Shown one piece after another: positions 54,293 through 63,725 of a stretch of DNA of 64,000 nt; position 1 is the stretch's first letter, and each line of letters starts with the position of its first letter. The DNA lies in NCBI GenBank assembly GCA_016868035.1, contig VGID01000005.1, forward strand, positions 26,017 through 90,016. The letters are read 5' to 3'. Below the pieces are notes generated by a model, which was given only the letters and a program-made list of their open reading frames with translations, was not told where the DNA came from and made no database searches. Position numbers and translations under genes: made by a program. Origin of the DNA: Betaproteobacteria bacterium (GTDB taxonomy: Bacteria; Pseudomonadota; Gammaproteobacteria; Burkholderiales; SG8-41).

Positions 54293-54637
54293 CTATCCTT
54301 CCCATGTCTTGGGGTCCACCGGGTGCCGGTCGTATCTGCCCACGCCCTGGACGAGCACGAAGCGGCACGGGCGGTCGCCGTGGGGCGTGACCTGATGGGG
54401 TCGCTTGGTCCGGACGACATGGCTCTGGCCTACGGCAAGCAAGACGCGCTCGGGCGGGTCGAGCATCTCGATCTGGACCGTGCCTTCGATGCAGTAGGTC
54501 GTGTCGGTGATGGTCGTGTGGTAGTGCCAAGGAATGACCTCGCCCGGCGCGAGCGTGCGCTCCTGCACCAAAACGTCGGGACTCCTGGCAATCCAGTTGA
54601 TCTTGCCGGCACGGACGTAATTGAGTTCGACGGACAT
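54293..54637 (-). CDS. cupin-domain protein
   Basis: IPWHYHTTITDTTYCIEGTV...PHQVTP. The start is ambiguous (54637 to 54664). Confidence 0.65.
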   Translation of the reverse strand: MSVELNYVRAGKINWIARSPDVLVQERTLAPGEVIPWHYHTTITDTTYCIEGTVQIEMLDPPERVLLAVGQSHVVRTKRPHQVTPHGDRPCRFVLVQGVGRYDRHPVDPKTWEG

Positions 54638-54720
54638 AGGCATCTCCATTCCCGGAGTGTGCATTTTGCTCCCAAAAAGGCGCCGCCAAGCGGCCAGCCG
54701 ACATGCTCGCGCACCGTTCC

Positions 54721-54748
54721 TCGTGGGTCGTGATTCGTGATTCGTAGT
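54721..54748. repeat. heptamer array TCGTGAT x4
   Basis: tcgtggg tcgtgat tcgtgat tcgtagt; lies just downstream of the queG stop. Confidence 0.8.
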
Positions 54749-54756
54749 CGATTCGT

Positions 54757-55848
54757 TCATCCTTCCACCTTGACACCGTGGCGCTCAAGCGCCCAGGTGA
54801 CGTGTTCGCGCACCAGTTCCGATGAGTGCGCGGCACGAGCCTTGAGCGCAGCGATCACGGCGTCGGAACTTGGCGCGTTTCCCAAGCCAACCGCCAGGTT
54901 CCTGAGCCACCGCTCGTAGCCGATACGGTGGATGGCGCTGCCGGCAAGCCGCTCGTGGAACTCGTTTTCGCTCCAGCCGAACAGCTCGACGAGCGTCACG
55001 TCGTCCAAGCCGTTCCTTACCGCAAAGTCCGGCTCGCCGCTCGGTGACGCAAACTTGTTCCATGGACAGATCAACTGGCAATCGTCGCACCCGTACACCC
55101 GGTTACCCATCAGCGGGCGCAGCTCCTGCGGGATGCCGCCCCTGTGCTCGATGGTGAGGTAGGAAATGCAGCGCCGCGCATCGAGCCGATAGGGACCGAG
55201 GATGGCCTGCGTCGGGCAGACGTCAATGCACTTCTGGCAAGTCCCGCAATGGTCGTGCTGCGTCTTGTCCACGGGCAGCGGCAGGTCCGTGTAGATCTCG
55301 CCCAGAAAGTAGTAGGAACCCGCCTCGCGGTTCAAGAGCAGCGTGTGCTTGCCGCGCCAGCCCAGCCCCGCCTTGCGCGCGATTTCGACTTCCGTCACCG
55401 GCGCGCTGTCGGTAAACACGCGGTAGCGAAACTCTCCGTACTCCGCTGTAATCCTGTCCGCGAGCTTCTGCATCCGGCTGCGCACGAGCTTGTGGTAGTC
55501 GCGCCCGAGCGCGTAGCGCGAGATGAACGCCCGGCTGCCGTCCTTCATCACCTCGTCGCTATCCCGTGCGTTAGGAGGCGAGTAGTTCATGCGCGCGGCG
55601 ATCACGCGCAGCGTGCCCGGCACCAGATCGGCGGGGCGGGTGCGTTTCACCCCGTGCCGTGCCATATAATCCATCTCGCCGTGGAATCCCCTGCCGAGCC
55701 AGTCGAGCAGCCGCGCTTCGGCCTCGCCGAGCTCGCAATCGGAGATGCCCATCTGCTGGAAACCGAGCTCGGCGCCCCAGCTTTTGATGTCGCGAGCGAG
55801 CCGCGCGAGGTCCAGAGACTCTGAACGTGCGACGGAAGCCTCTTGCAT
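54757..55848 (-). CDS. queG: tRNA epoxyqueuosine(34) reductase
   Basis: LDLARLARDIKSWGAELGFQQMGIS N-terminus, two 4Fe-4S motifs (CGTCQKCIDVCP, CDDCQLICPWN), and HEAT-like C-terminus. Confidence 0.9.
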   Translation of the reverse strand: MQEASVARSESLDLARLARDIKSWGAELGFQQMGISDCELGEAEARLLDWLGRGFHGEMDYMARHGVKRTRPADLVPGTLRVIAARMNYSPPNARDSDEVMKDGSRAFISRYALGRDYHKLVRSRMQKLADRITAEYGEFRYRVFTDSAPVTEVEIARKAGLGWRGKHTLLLNREAGSYYFLGEIYTDLPLPVDKTQHDHCGTCQKCIDVCPTQAILGPYRLDARRCISYLTIEHRGGIPQELRPLMGNRVYGCDDCQLICPWNKFASPSGEPDFAVRNGLDDVTLVELFGWSENEFHERLAGSAIHRIGYERWLRNLAVGLGNAPSSDAVIAALKARAAHSSELVREHVTWALERHGVKVEG

Positions 55849-56334
55849 ACCCCTAATGATAAACGCCCCGCCCGCGTGGCCGCGCTCTTCCTGGCTGGCG
55901 AGGTGGACACGCTCGCGCTCGGCGCCGCGCTCGCCCTGCGCCTGAGACCGGGGATGGTGATCTACCTGTCGGGGGAGCTCGGCGCGGGGAAAACCACGCT
56001 CGCGCGGGGGATCCTCCGCGGACTGGGCTACACCGGCCGGGTGAAGAGCCCCTCGTTTGCGCTGGTTGAAGTTTACAAACTTTCTAGGTTATACTTGTAT
56101 CACTTTGATTTTTATCGGTTCACTCGTGCCACGGAATTAGGGGAATCCGGGTTCAGGGAATATTTCAGCCCCGACTCGGTGTGTCTGGTGGAGTGGCCGG
56201 AAAATGCGGCAGGGGCGCTGCCCGCGGCTGACATCAAAATCGCGATGCGGATCGCCCGCTCAGGGAGAGAAGTGGAGATTCACGCCGAAACGGAGACGGG
56301 CAGGCTTTGTTTGGAGCGCTTCGAGTACGAATAG
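55843..56334 (+). CDS. tsaE: tRNA t6A37 biosynthesis ATPase TsaE; the start may be GTG 55876
   Basis: VIYLSGELGAGKTTLARGILRGLG Walker A, HFDFYR, and VEWPE. Confidence 0.85.
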   Translation: MHTPNDKRPARVAALFLAGEVDTLALGAALALRLRPGMVIYLSGELGAGKTTLARGILRGLGYTGRVKSPSFALVEVYKLSRLYLYHFDFYRFTRATELGESGFREYFSPDSVCLVEWPENAAGALPAADIKIAMRIARSGREVEIHAETETGRLCLERFEYE

Positions 56335-57665
56335 CATCGCCCGGCCGACCGCCGGCGCCGCGTTGCTTCCCGGGCGCATTCTTCCTCATCCTCAACTTCG
56401 GCCTCGCCCTCGAGGCGGGCGCCAACGCCCCTACCCAGATCACGGCGGCGCGGGTGTGGCCTGCGGCCATCTACACGCGAATCACGCTCGAGAGCCACGC
56501 ACCCCTGAGCTACAAGCTGTTCGCCCTGAAAGACCCCGAGCGCGTGGTGCTCGACCTCGAAGGCGTCGAGATCAACGCCACCCTGAACGGACTTGCCGAG
56601 CGCATCGGCGCGAGCGATCCGCACGTGAAGGGGTTGCGCATCGGGCGCTTCCGGCCCGGCGTCGTGCGCCTGGTATTCGACCTCAAGTCGGAAGTGAAGC
56701 CCCAGGCGTTCACGCTCGCACCGATCGGCGAATACAGCCATCGCCTGGTGCTCGACCTCTACCCGCTCGAACCGCCCGATCCCCTGCTCGCGCTGCTCGA
56801 GACGCTCGAGGTGCAGCGCGCGCCGGCACCCGGTGCGCCATCGGGAAAACCGCAGCCTGCGCCGCGCGCGGGCGAACCCGCGGCGCCCGAGACCGCCCGC
56901 CCGGCTCCGCCGGCCCCGCGTCTCCCGGCCCAGCGGCCCGAGCAGCAGCGCTTTTTCATCGTCGCCGTGGACGCGGGGCACGGGGGCGAGGACCCGGGGG
57001 CGAGAGGGCGCGGCGGGACCTATGAAAAGAACGTAACGCTCGCGATCGCGCGCAAGTTGAAGGAGCGCATCGATCAGGAGCCCAACATGCGCGCGGTGCT
57101 GATCCGCGACGGCGACTATTTCATCCCTCTGCACATGCGGGTGGCGAAGGCTCGCCGCGTGCGGGCGGATCTCTTCGTCTCGGTGCACGCCGACGCTTTT
57201 ATCCGTCCGAACGCGCGGGGCTCCTCGGTGTTCGCGCTGTCCGAATCGGGCGCGACCTCGGAGGCGGCGCGCTGGCTCGCCCGGCGCGAAAACAACGCCG
57301 ATCTGGTCGGCGGAGCCAACCTCGATGTGGCCGATCCGTATCTCAAGCAGACGCTGCTCGATCTTTCGCAGACTGCCACGATCAACGACAGCCTCAAGGT
57401 CGGCCGCGCGGTGCTCGCCGAACTCGGCGGCATCAACACGCTGCACAAGCCGAGCGTCGAGCAGGCCGGATTCGCGGTGCTCCGGGCGCCGGACATCCCC
57501 TCCATCCTCGTGGAAACCGCGTTCATCAGCAATCCGGAAGAGGAGCGCAAGCTCAGGAACGAGGCGTACCAGGAGAAGATGGCCGAGGCGATCGTGTCCG
57601 GCATCCGGCGCTATTTCGCCAAGAACCCCCCGCTCGCCCGTGATAGACTGGCGGTGGATCCGTAG
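56307..57665 (+). CDS. amiC: N-acetylmuramoyl-L-alanine amidase with AMIN domain (AmiB/AmiC-type); start uncertain
   Basis: AMIN pattern (ARVWPAAIYTRITLES...VVLDLEGVE), Pro/Ala linker, and amidase_3 domain (VAVDAGHGGEDPGA...SVHADA...VLVETAFISN). Confidence 0.85.
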   Translation: MFGALRVRIASPGRPPAPRCFPGAFFLILNFGLALEAGANAPTQITAARVWPAAIYTRITLESHAPLSYKLFALKDPERVVLDLEGVEINATLNGLAERIGASDPHVKGLRIGRFRPGVVRLVFDLKSEVKPQAFTLAPIGEYSHRLVLDLYPLEPPDPLLALLETLEVQRAPAPGAPSGKPQPAPRAGEPAAPETARPAPPAPRLPAQRPEQQRFFIVAVDAGHGGEDPGARGRGGTYEKNVTLAIARKLKERIDQEPNMRAVLIRDGDYFIPLHMRVAKARRVRADLFVSVHADAFIRPNARGSSVFALSESGATSEAARWLARRENNADLVGGANLDVADPYLKQTLLDLSQTATINDSLKVGRAVLAELGGINTLHKPSVEQAGFAVLRAPDIPSILVETAFISNPEEERKLRNEAYQEKMAEAIVSGIRRYFAKNPPLARDRLAVDP

Positions 57666-57772
57666 AGGTGACGGCGTCCGCGGCGCCGTAAGACGAAAAG
57701 AACCGCGGGATCCTCCACGAGGAGGCCATCCTGAGAGCAAGCATCCTCGCCTGCGCGGCACTCGCTGCCGCC

Positions 57773-58513
57773 GTGCCGGCTTGCGCGATCATCTCGCCCG
57801 AGCCGAAGCTCGAAGCGGTCATGCTCCCCCGCGTCGGAAGCTTCTCGGACAGCCATCCGGGCGAGACGCTGCCGCGCGGCTGGAAGAAATGGAAGCTGTC
57901 CCGGTTCAAGAAAGCGACCGAATACAAGCTCGTGAACGACGGGGGAAAGACCGTCGTCAAGGCGAGCGCGGACGCATCGGCGTCCGGCCTCGTGCACCCG
58001 CTCCAGATCGATTCGAAAATCTACCCCCTGCTCTCCTGGCGCTGGAAAGTGACCCAGTTGATCGCGGCGGCGGACAACACGACCAAGCACGCGGAGGACT
58101 CGCCGGTGCGCGTGTTGGTGAGCTTCGACGGCGACGTTGACGGGCTGCCGCTCGCGGAGCGCGTGTTCTTCGACAACTTCCGGCTGCTCACCGGCCAGCA
58201 GATGCCGTATGCGACGCTGGTGTACATCTGGGAGAACCGCGCGCCCCGGGGCGCGGTGATCCCCAACCTGCACACCTCGCGCGTGAAGATGATCGTCGCC
58301 GAGAGCGGGCACAAAGAAGTGGGGGCCTGGCAGGAAGTCACCCGCAACGTGCGCGAGGACTACCGTCGCGCGTTCGGAGAGGAGCCGGGCACCATCATCG
58401 CGATCGGCATCATGACCGACACCGACAACACCGGGGATCAGGTGCAGGCCTACTACGGCGACATCGCATTCCACCGCATCGCGCCGCCGCGCGCCACCTC
58501 CACGTCCAAGTGA
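57773..58513 (+). CDS. DUF3047-domain protein; the true start is probably upstream at a non-canonical codon
   Basis: YPLLSWRWKV and the conserved beta-rich pattern. See the finding on the signal-peptide-like sequence upstream of GTG 57773. Confidence 0.6.
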   Translation: MPACAIISPEPKLEAVMLPRVGSFSDSHPGETLPRGWKKWKLSRFKKATEYKLVNDGGKTVVKASADASASGLVHPLQIDSKIYPLLSWRWKVTQLIAAADNTTKHAEDSPVRVLVSFDGDVDGLPLAERVFFDNFRLLTGQQMPYATLVYIWENRAPRGAVIPNLHTSRVKMIVAESGHKEVGAWQEVTRNVREDYRRAFGEEPGTIIAIGIMTDTDNTGDQVQAYYGDIAFHRIAPPRATSTSK

Positions 58514-58604
58514 GCCGGGGCCGGACGGCGAGCCGTCGCCTGCGCTCGCTGTGATATCCTTTTCTATCCCCGCATCCATTGAACCAGGCCGACAGGATGT
58601 CCCC

Positions 58605-59576
58605 TTGAAACACGTACTCTGCTCGCTCGCGCTCCTCGCTCACGCCGCGCTCGCCGCCCTGCCCGCGCAGGCTGCCGAGCGCTATCCCAACCGCCCGGTG
58701 CGCTTCATCGTGCCCTACGCTCCGGGCGGCGGCTCGGACACGATCGCGCGCGCGCTGGGCCAGAAGCTGAGCGAGCGCCTCGGCCAGCCCTTCGTGGTGG
58801 ACAACCGCGCCGGAGCCGCCAGCATGATCGGCACCGAGATCGCGGCGAAGGCGCCCGGCGACGGCTACACGCTAATCCTCGCCGACGTGCCGCACGCGAT
58901 CAACGTCGTGACCAACGCCAAGCCGACGTACGACGCGGTGAAAAATTTCTCGCCGATCATGCTGGTCGCGACCACGCCGCAGATCCTCGCCGCGCATCCG
59001 TCGTTCGGCGCCGCCTCGCTGAAGGAGCTGCTCGCAATGCCGAGATCGCAGACCGAGAAGCTCGCCATGGGCACGAGCGGCATGGGCAGCTCGCCGCACA
59101 TGAGCTACGAGCTGCTGCGCCTCAGAACCGGCCTTACGCTCAACCACGTGCCGTACAAAGGGGGCGGGCCGGCCATCGTGGACGCCGTCGCCGGCCAGAT
59201 ACCGCTCGCGCTGATGGGCTCGCCGCCGATCATGCCGCACGCCCGCGCCGGCCGCCTCAAAGGGCTCGGCATCACCTCCGCGAAGCGCCACGCCCTGCTG
59301 CCGGCAGTGCCCACGTTCGTCGAAGCCGGCGTGCCCGATTTCGTAGTGAGCCACTGGTACGGCGTGCTGGCGCCGGCGGGCGTCCCGGCCGCCATCATCA
59401 AGACACTACACGAAGAACTCGCGCGTGCGCTGGAGCAGCCCGACGTGCGCGAGCGCTTCGCCGGCCTCGCGCTTGACATCGCCGCGATCGGCCCGCAGCC
59501 CTTCCGAAAGATCATAGAAGACGACGTGAAGCGCTGGCGCGAAGTGGTGGCCAAAGCCGGCCTCCGGCTCGAGTGA
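58605..59576 (+). CDS. Bug-family substrate-binding protein (TTG start proposed)
   Basis: (M)KHVLCSLALLAHAALAALPAQA signal, then YPNRPVRFIVPYAPGGGSD. The 323-aa length equals its tandem paralog. Confidence 0.85.
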   Translation: MKHVLCSLALLAHAALAALPAQAAERYPNRPVRFIVPYAPGGGSDTIARALGQKLSERLGQPFVVDNRAGAASMIGTEIAAKAPGDGYTLILADVPHAINVVTNAKPTYDAVKNFSPIMLVATTPQILAAHPSFGAASLKELLAMPRSQTEKLAMGTSGMGSSPHMSYELLRLRTGLTLNHVPYKGGGPAIVDAVAGQIPLALMGSPPIMPHARAGRLKGLGITSAKRHALLPAVPTFVEAGVPDFVVSHWYGVLAPAGVPAAIIKTLHEELARALEQPDVRERFAGLALDIAAIGPQPFRKIIEDDVKRWREVVAKAGLRLE

Positions 59577-59636
59577 ATCGCGAACCACGCCGCCGCGCCT
59601 GCCACGCCACGATCAAGCTGCAATCAAGGAGACGAA

Positions 59637-60608
59637 ATGAGACGCCAGTTGTGCCTGCTGACCGCACTGGGCATCGCCTCACTTGCCGCCCTGCCCGTCC
59701 AGGGAGCCGAACGCTTCCCCAACCGCCCGGTGCGCTTCATCGTGCCCTATCCGCCCGGTGGGGGCTCGGACCTCACCGCGCGCGCGATCGGCCAGAAACT
59801 CCACGAATCGCTGGGCCAGACCATCGTCATCGACAACCGACCGGGCGCGACCGGGTTGATCGGCACCGAGCTCGCGGCCAAGGCCCCGGCAGACGGCCAT
59901 ACGATCATCCTCGCGGACGCGCCGCACACCATCAACTCGCTGGTCTATGCGAAGCAACGCTACGACGCGATCAAGGACTTCGCGCCGATCAGCCTGGTGT
60001 CCACCTCGCCGCAGGCGCTGCTCGCGCATCCGACCTTCGCCGGGAACACGCTCAAGGACCTGCTCGCCATGCCGCGGGAGAAGACCGAGAAGCTCGCCAT
60101 GGGCACGAGCGGCATCGCGAGCGGCCCGCACATGGCCTACGAGTGGCTGCGCCTGAAAACCGGGCTCACGTTGAACCATGTCCCCTACAAGGGCGGCGGC
60201 CCTTCGCTGGCCGATGCGTCGGCGGGACAGATCCCGCTGGTGTTCAACGCGGTGCCCGCCGCGATGCCCCACGTCAAGACCGGCCGGCTCAAGTTTCTCG
60301 GCATCACGAGCCCCAAGCGCCACCCGCTGCTGCCCAACGTGCCAACCTTCCAGGAAGCCGGGGTCAAGGATTTCTTCACCTTCCAGTGGTACGGGGTGCT
60401 GGCGCCCGCGGGCACGCCCAAGGACCGCGTTGCGCTGCTCAATCGCGAGGTCAACAAGGCGCTCTCCGCGCCCGACGTCAAAGAGCGTTTCGCTTCGCTC
60501 ACCCTCGACATCGAGCTCGGGCCGCCGGAGGCGTTCCGCAAGCTGCTCGAGTCGGAGGACGCGCGCTGGAAGGGCGTATTGAAGCAGGTGAAGATCCAGC
60601 TCGACTGA
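59637..60608 (+). CDS. Bug-family substrate-binding protein (tandem paralog)
   Basis: Signal peptide, then FPNRPVRFIVPYPPGGGSD; 323 aa. Confidence 0.9.
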   Translation: MRRQLCLLTALGIASLAALPVQGAERFPNRPVRFIVPYPPGGGSDLTARAIGQKLHESLGQTIVIDNRPGATGLIGTELAAKAPADGHTIILADAPHTINSLVYAKQRYDAIKDFAPISLVSTSPQALLAHPTFAGNTLKDLLAMPREKTEKLAMGTSGIASGPHMAYEWLRLKTGLTLNHVPYKGGGPSLADASAGQIPLVFNAVPAAMPHVKTGRLKFLGITSPKRHPLLPNVPTFQEAGVKDFFTFQWYGVLAPAGTPKDRVALLNREVNKALSAPDVKERFASLTLDIELGPPEAFRKLLESEDARWKGVLKQVKIQLD

Positions 60609-60626
60609 GCGAGAGCGCACCAGCAA

Positions 60627-60656
60627 CAAAAAAAGGGCGGTCCGGCCGCCCTTTTT
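60627..60656. terminator. bidirectional intrinsic terminator between convergent Bug and pntB genes
   Basis: An A-run, then GGGCGG-tccgg-CCGCCC, then a T-run. Confidence 0.75.
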
Positions 60657-60698
60657 CTTGCGCGCGGCCGCGCCGCGCGCTCGGCTGAATCCCCCCGC

Positions 60699-62117
60699 TC
60701 AGGCGATCAGCGCCACCAGCACTTCCTCCAGCATCTTCTTGGCGTCGCCGAACAGCATGCGGTTGTTCTCCTTGTAGAAAAGCGGATTGTCCACACCCGC
60801 GTAGCCGGAGGCCATGCTGCGCTTCATCACGATCGAGGTCTTGGCCTTCCAGACTTCCAGCACCGGCATGCCGGCGATCGGACTGGCGGGGTCGTCCTGG
60901 GCCGCCGGGTTCACGATGTCGTTGGCGCCGATGACCATCGCGACATCGGTATCCGGGAAGTCCTCGTTGAGTTCGTCCATTTCGAACACGATGTCGTAAG
61001 GCACTTTCGCCTCGGCCAGCAGCACGTTCATGTGGCCCGGCATGCGGCCGGCGACCGGGTGGATGCCGAAGCGCACGTTGACGCCCTTCTCCCGCAGGTG
61101 CTCGGCGATCTCGCAGACCGTATGCTGCGCCTGGGCCACGGCCATGCCATAGCCCGGCACGATGATCACGCTCTTCGCCTCGCGCAACAATTCTGCCGTC
61201 TCCGGTGCAAGGATCGGCACGACTTCGCCCGCCGGTTGCGCACCGCCGCCAGCCGCCGCGGGCGCGCCGCCCTCGGTACCGAATCCGCCCGCGATCACCG
61301 CGATGAAGCGGCGGTTCATCGCCCGGCACATGATGTAGGAGAGGATGGCGCCGCTCGACCCGACCAGGGCGCCGGTGACGATCAGCAGATCATTATTGAG
61401 CATGAAGCCCGTGGCCGCCGCCGCCCAGCCGGAGTAGCTGTTCAGCATCGACACCACGACCGGCATGTCGGCCCCGCCGATCGCCATCACCATGTGGATG
61501 CCGAACAGCAGCGCGATCACCGACATCACCGCGAGCGGCGTCATGCCCTCGGCGACCGAGTGAGCCTGGATGAAGCTGCCGCCGAACCAGATCACGACCA
61601 GCAGGCCGGCCAAGTTGACCCAGTGGCGCCCCGGAATCAGCACGGGCCTGCCGCCGATCTTGCCGGAGAGCTTGCCGAAGGCGATCACCGAACCGGAGAA
61701 GGTCACGGCACCAATCAGGATGCCGATATAGATCTCCAGTTCGTGGATGGTCTTCTCCGTGCCCTGGAACACCCCCGCCGCCGCCGGATCGATGTAATTG
61801 GCGAAGCCGACCAGCATCGCCGCGAGACCGACCAGGCTGTGCATCAGCGCGACCAGCTCGGGCATCTGCGTCATCTTGACGACGCGCGCGGCATACAGCC
61901 CGATGCTGCCGCCCACCACCATGGCGCCGACGATCCACGCGTAGCCGGCCGCCGTGACTTGCGGGCCGAAGACCGTCGCCAGCACCGCGATGGCCATGCC
62001 GATGATGCCGTACACGTTGCCGCGCCGCGAGGTCTCCGGATGGGAGAGGCCGCCGAGGCTGAGGATGAAAAGGATCGCCGCCCCGATATAGGAGATGCTC
62101 GCCAGAGTTGCGGACAT
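60699..62117 (-). CDS. pntB: NAD(P) transhydrogenase beta subunit
   Basis: 472 aa with N-terminal TM domain and C-terminal NADP(H) domain ([39 protein letters not shown]). Confidence 0.9.
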   Translation of the reverse strand: MSATLASISYIGAAILFILSLGGLSHPETSRRGNVYGIIGMAIAVLATVFGPQVTAAGYAWIVGAMVVGGSIGLYAARVVKMTQMPELVALMHSLVGLAAMLVGFANYIDPAAAGVFQGTEKTIHELEIYIGILIGAVTFSGSVIAFGKLSGKIGGRPVLIPGRHWVNLAGLLVVIWFGGSFIQAHSVAEGMTPLAVMSVIALLFGIHMVMAIGGADMPVVVSMLNSYSGWAAAATGFMLNNDLLIVTGALVGSSGAILSYIMCRAMNRRFIAVIAGGFGTEGGAPAAAGGGAQPAGEVVPILAPETAELLREAKSVIIVPGYGMAVAQAQHTVCEIAEHLREKGVNVRFGIHPVAGRMPGHMNVLLAEAKVPYDIVFEMDELNEDFPDTDVAMVIGANDIVNPAAQDDPASPIAGMPVLEVWKAKTSIVMKRSMASGYAGVDNPLFYKENNRMLFGDAKKMLEEVLVALIA

Positions 62118-62129
62118 GGATCGTGTGCC

Positions 62130-63725
62130 CTATTTGCGGAACATTTCCAGCATGCGCTGGGTGACGGCGAATCCGCCGAACATGTTGATCGAGGTGAGCG
62201 CGATTCCAACGACCGCCAGCCCCAGTATCCAGGCCTCGGGCCGGTCTGCGCCCGCTGCGGGCGCAAGCGGTGGCGCCACCTGCACCAGCGCGCCAATGGC
62301 GATGATGCTGCTGATCGCATTGGTGACGCTCATCAGCGGCGTGTGCAGCGCGGGCGTGACGTTCCACACCACCATGTAACCGACGAAGCAAGCCAGCACG
62401 AATACGGTGAATTTGGCGAGAAATGCCGGCGGCGCGTAGGCGCCGATGAACCAGAACGCGATCGCGCCCGCGAAAAACAGGACCGCCGCGCTGGCGGCCG
62501 AGGCCGGCGCACCGGCGCCGCCGTGGCCGTGACCCTTCCCAAACGCGGGCGCAGCGGCCGGCGGCTTGGCCGCTGCCGGCGGTGCGGCTGAAATCTTCGG
62601 AGCCGGCGGCGGCCAGGTGATGTTGCCCTCCTTCACCACCGTGGTTCCGCGGATCACCTCGTCGTCCATGTTGACGTGGATGAGCCCATCCTTGTTCTTG
62701 CACAGCTCCTCGGTCACGCGCAACAGGTTGGTCGCGTACAGCGTGCTCGACTGCCTGGACAGGCGGCTGGGCAGGTCGGTGTAGCCGATGATGGTAACGC
62801 CATGCCTGACGACGACCTCGCCAGCAGAGGTCAGCTCGCAGTTGCCGCCCTGCTCGGAGGCGAGATCGACGATTACGCTGCCCGGCTTCATCGACTGCAC
62901 CATCTCGGCGGTGATCAGCTTGGGGGCCGGTTTGCCCGGGATCAACGCGGTGGTGACGATGATGTCGACCTCTTTCGCCTGTCTGGCAAAGGTCTCGCGC
63001 TGGGCCGTCTGGAAGCCCTCGCTCATGACCTTGGCGTAGCCGCCGACGCCCGTGCCCTCTTCCTCGTAATCGACGCTGACGAATTTGCCGCCCATCGATT
63101 TCACCTGGTCAGCCACCTCGGGCCGCGTGTCGTTGGCACGCACGATGGCGCCGAGGCTCGACGCCACCCCGATCGCGGCCAGGCCCGCAACACCGGCGCC
63201 GATCACGAATACCTTCGCCGGCGGCACCTTGCCCGCGGCCGTGATCTGGCCCGTGAAGAAACGTCCGAAGTGGTGCGCCGCCTCGATGACCGCCCGGTAG
63301 CCTGCAATGTTGGCCATCGACGAGAGCGCGTCGAGTTTTTGCGCGCGCGAAATGCGCGGCACGCTGTCCATCGCCAGCACGGTCGCCTTTTTCGCCGCCA
63401 GCTGCTGCAGGAGATCCGGGTTCTGCGCCGGCCAGATGAAGCTGACCAGCGTGCCGCCCTCGCGCATCAAACCGACTTCTTCCGCGCCGGGTCCGCGCAC
63501 CTTGAAGACGATGTCCGAGGCGGCCCACAGCTTGCCCGCATCGTCGATGATCTCGGCGCCCGCGGCGCGATAGGCGTCGTCGCTGAAATTCGCCGCATCA
63601 CCTGCGCCGGACTGCACGGCAACCTTGAAGCCCAGCTTGACGAGCTTTTCGACGACTTCCGGCACGGTAGCGACGCGTCGCTCACCCGCCGCTGTCTCTT
63701 TTGGCACCCCTATGACCTGAGGCAT
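62130..63725 (-). CDS. pntA: NAD(P) transhydrogenase alpha subunit (dI plus membrane dII part)
   Basis: [34 protein letters not shown] Rossmann motif, and C-terminal TM helices. Contains a Pro/Ala/Gly-His-rich linker. Confidence 0.9.
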   Translation of the reverse strand: MPQVIGVPKETAAGERRVATVPEVVEKLVKLGFKVAVQSGAGDAANFSDDAYRAAGAEIIDDAGKLWAASDIVFKVRGPGAEEVGLMREGGTLVSFIWPAQNPDLLQQLAAKKATVLAMDSVPRISRAQKLDALSSMANIAGYRAVIEAAHHFGRFFTGQITAAGKVPPAKVFVIGAGVAGLAAIGVASSLGAIVRANDTRPEVADQVKSMGGKFVSVDYEEEGTGVGGYAKVMSEGFQTAQRETFARQAKEVDIIVTTALIPGKPAPKLITAEMVQSMKPGSVIVDLASEQGGNCELTSAGEVVVRHGVTIIGYTDLPSRLSRQSSTLYATNLLRVTEELCKNKDGLIHVNMDDEVIRGTTVVKEGNITWPPPAPKISAAPPAAAKPPAAAPAFGKGHGHGGAGAPASAASAAVLFFAGAIAFWFIGAYAPPAFLAKFTVFVLACFVGYMVVWNVTPALHTPLMSVTNAISSIIAIGALVQVAPPLAPAAGADRPEAWILGLAVVGIALTSINMFGGFAVTQRMLEMFRK

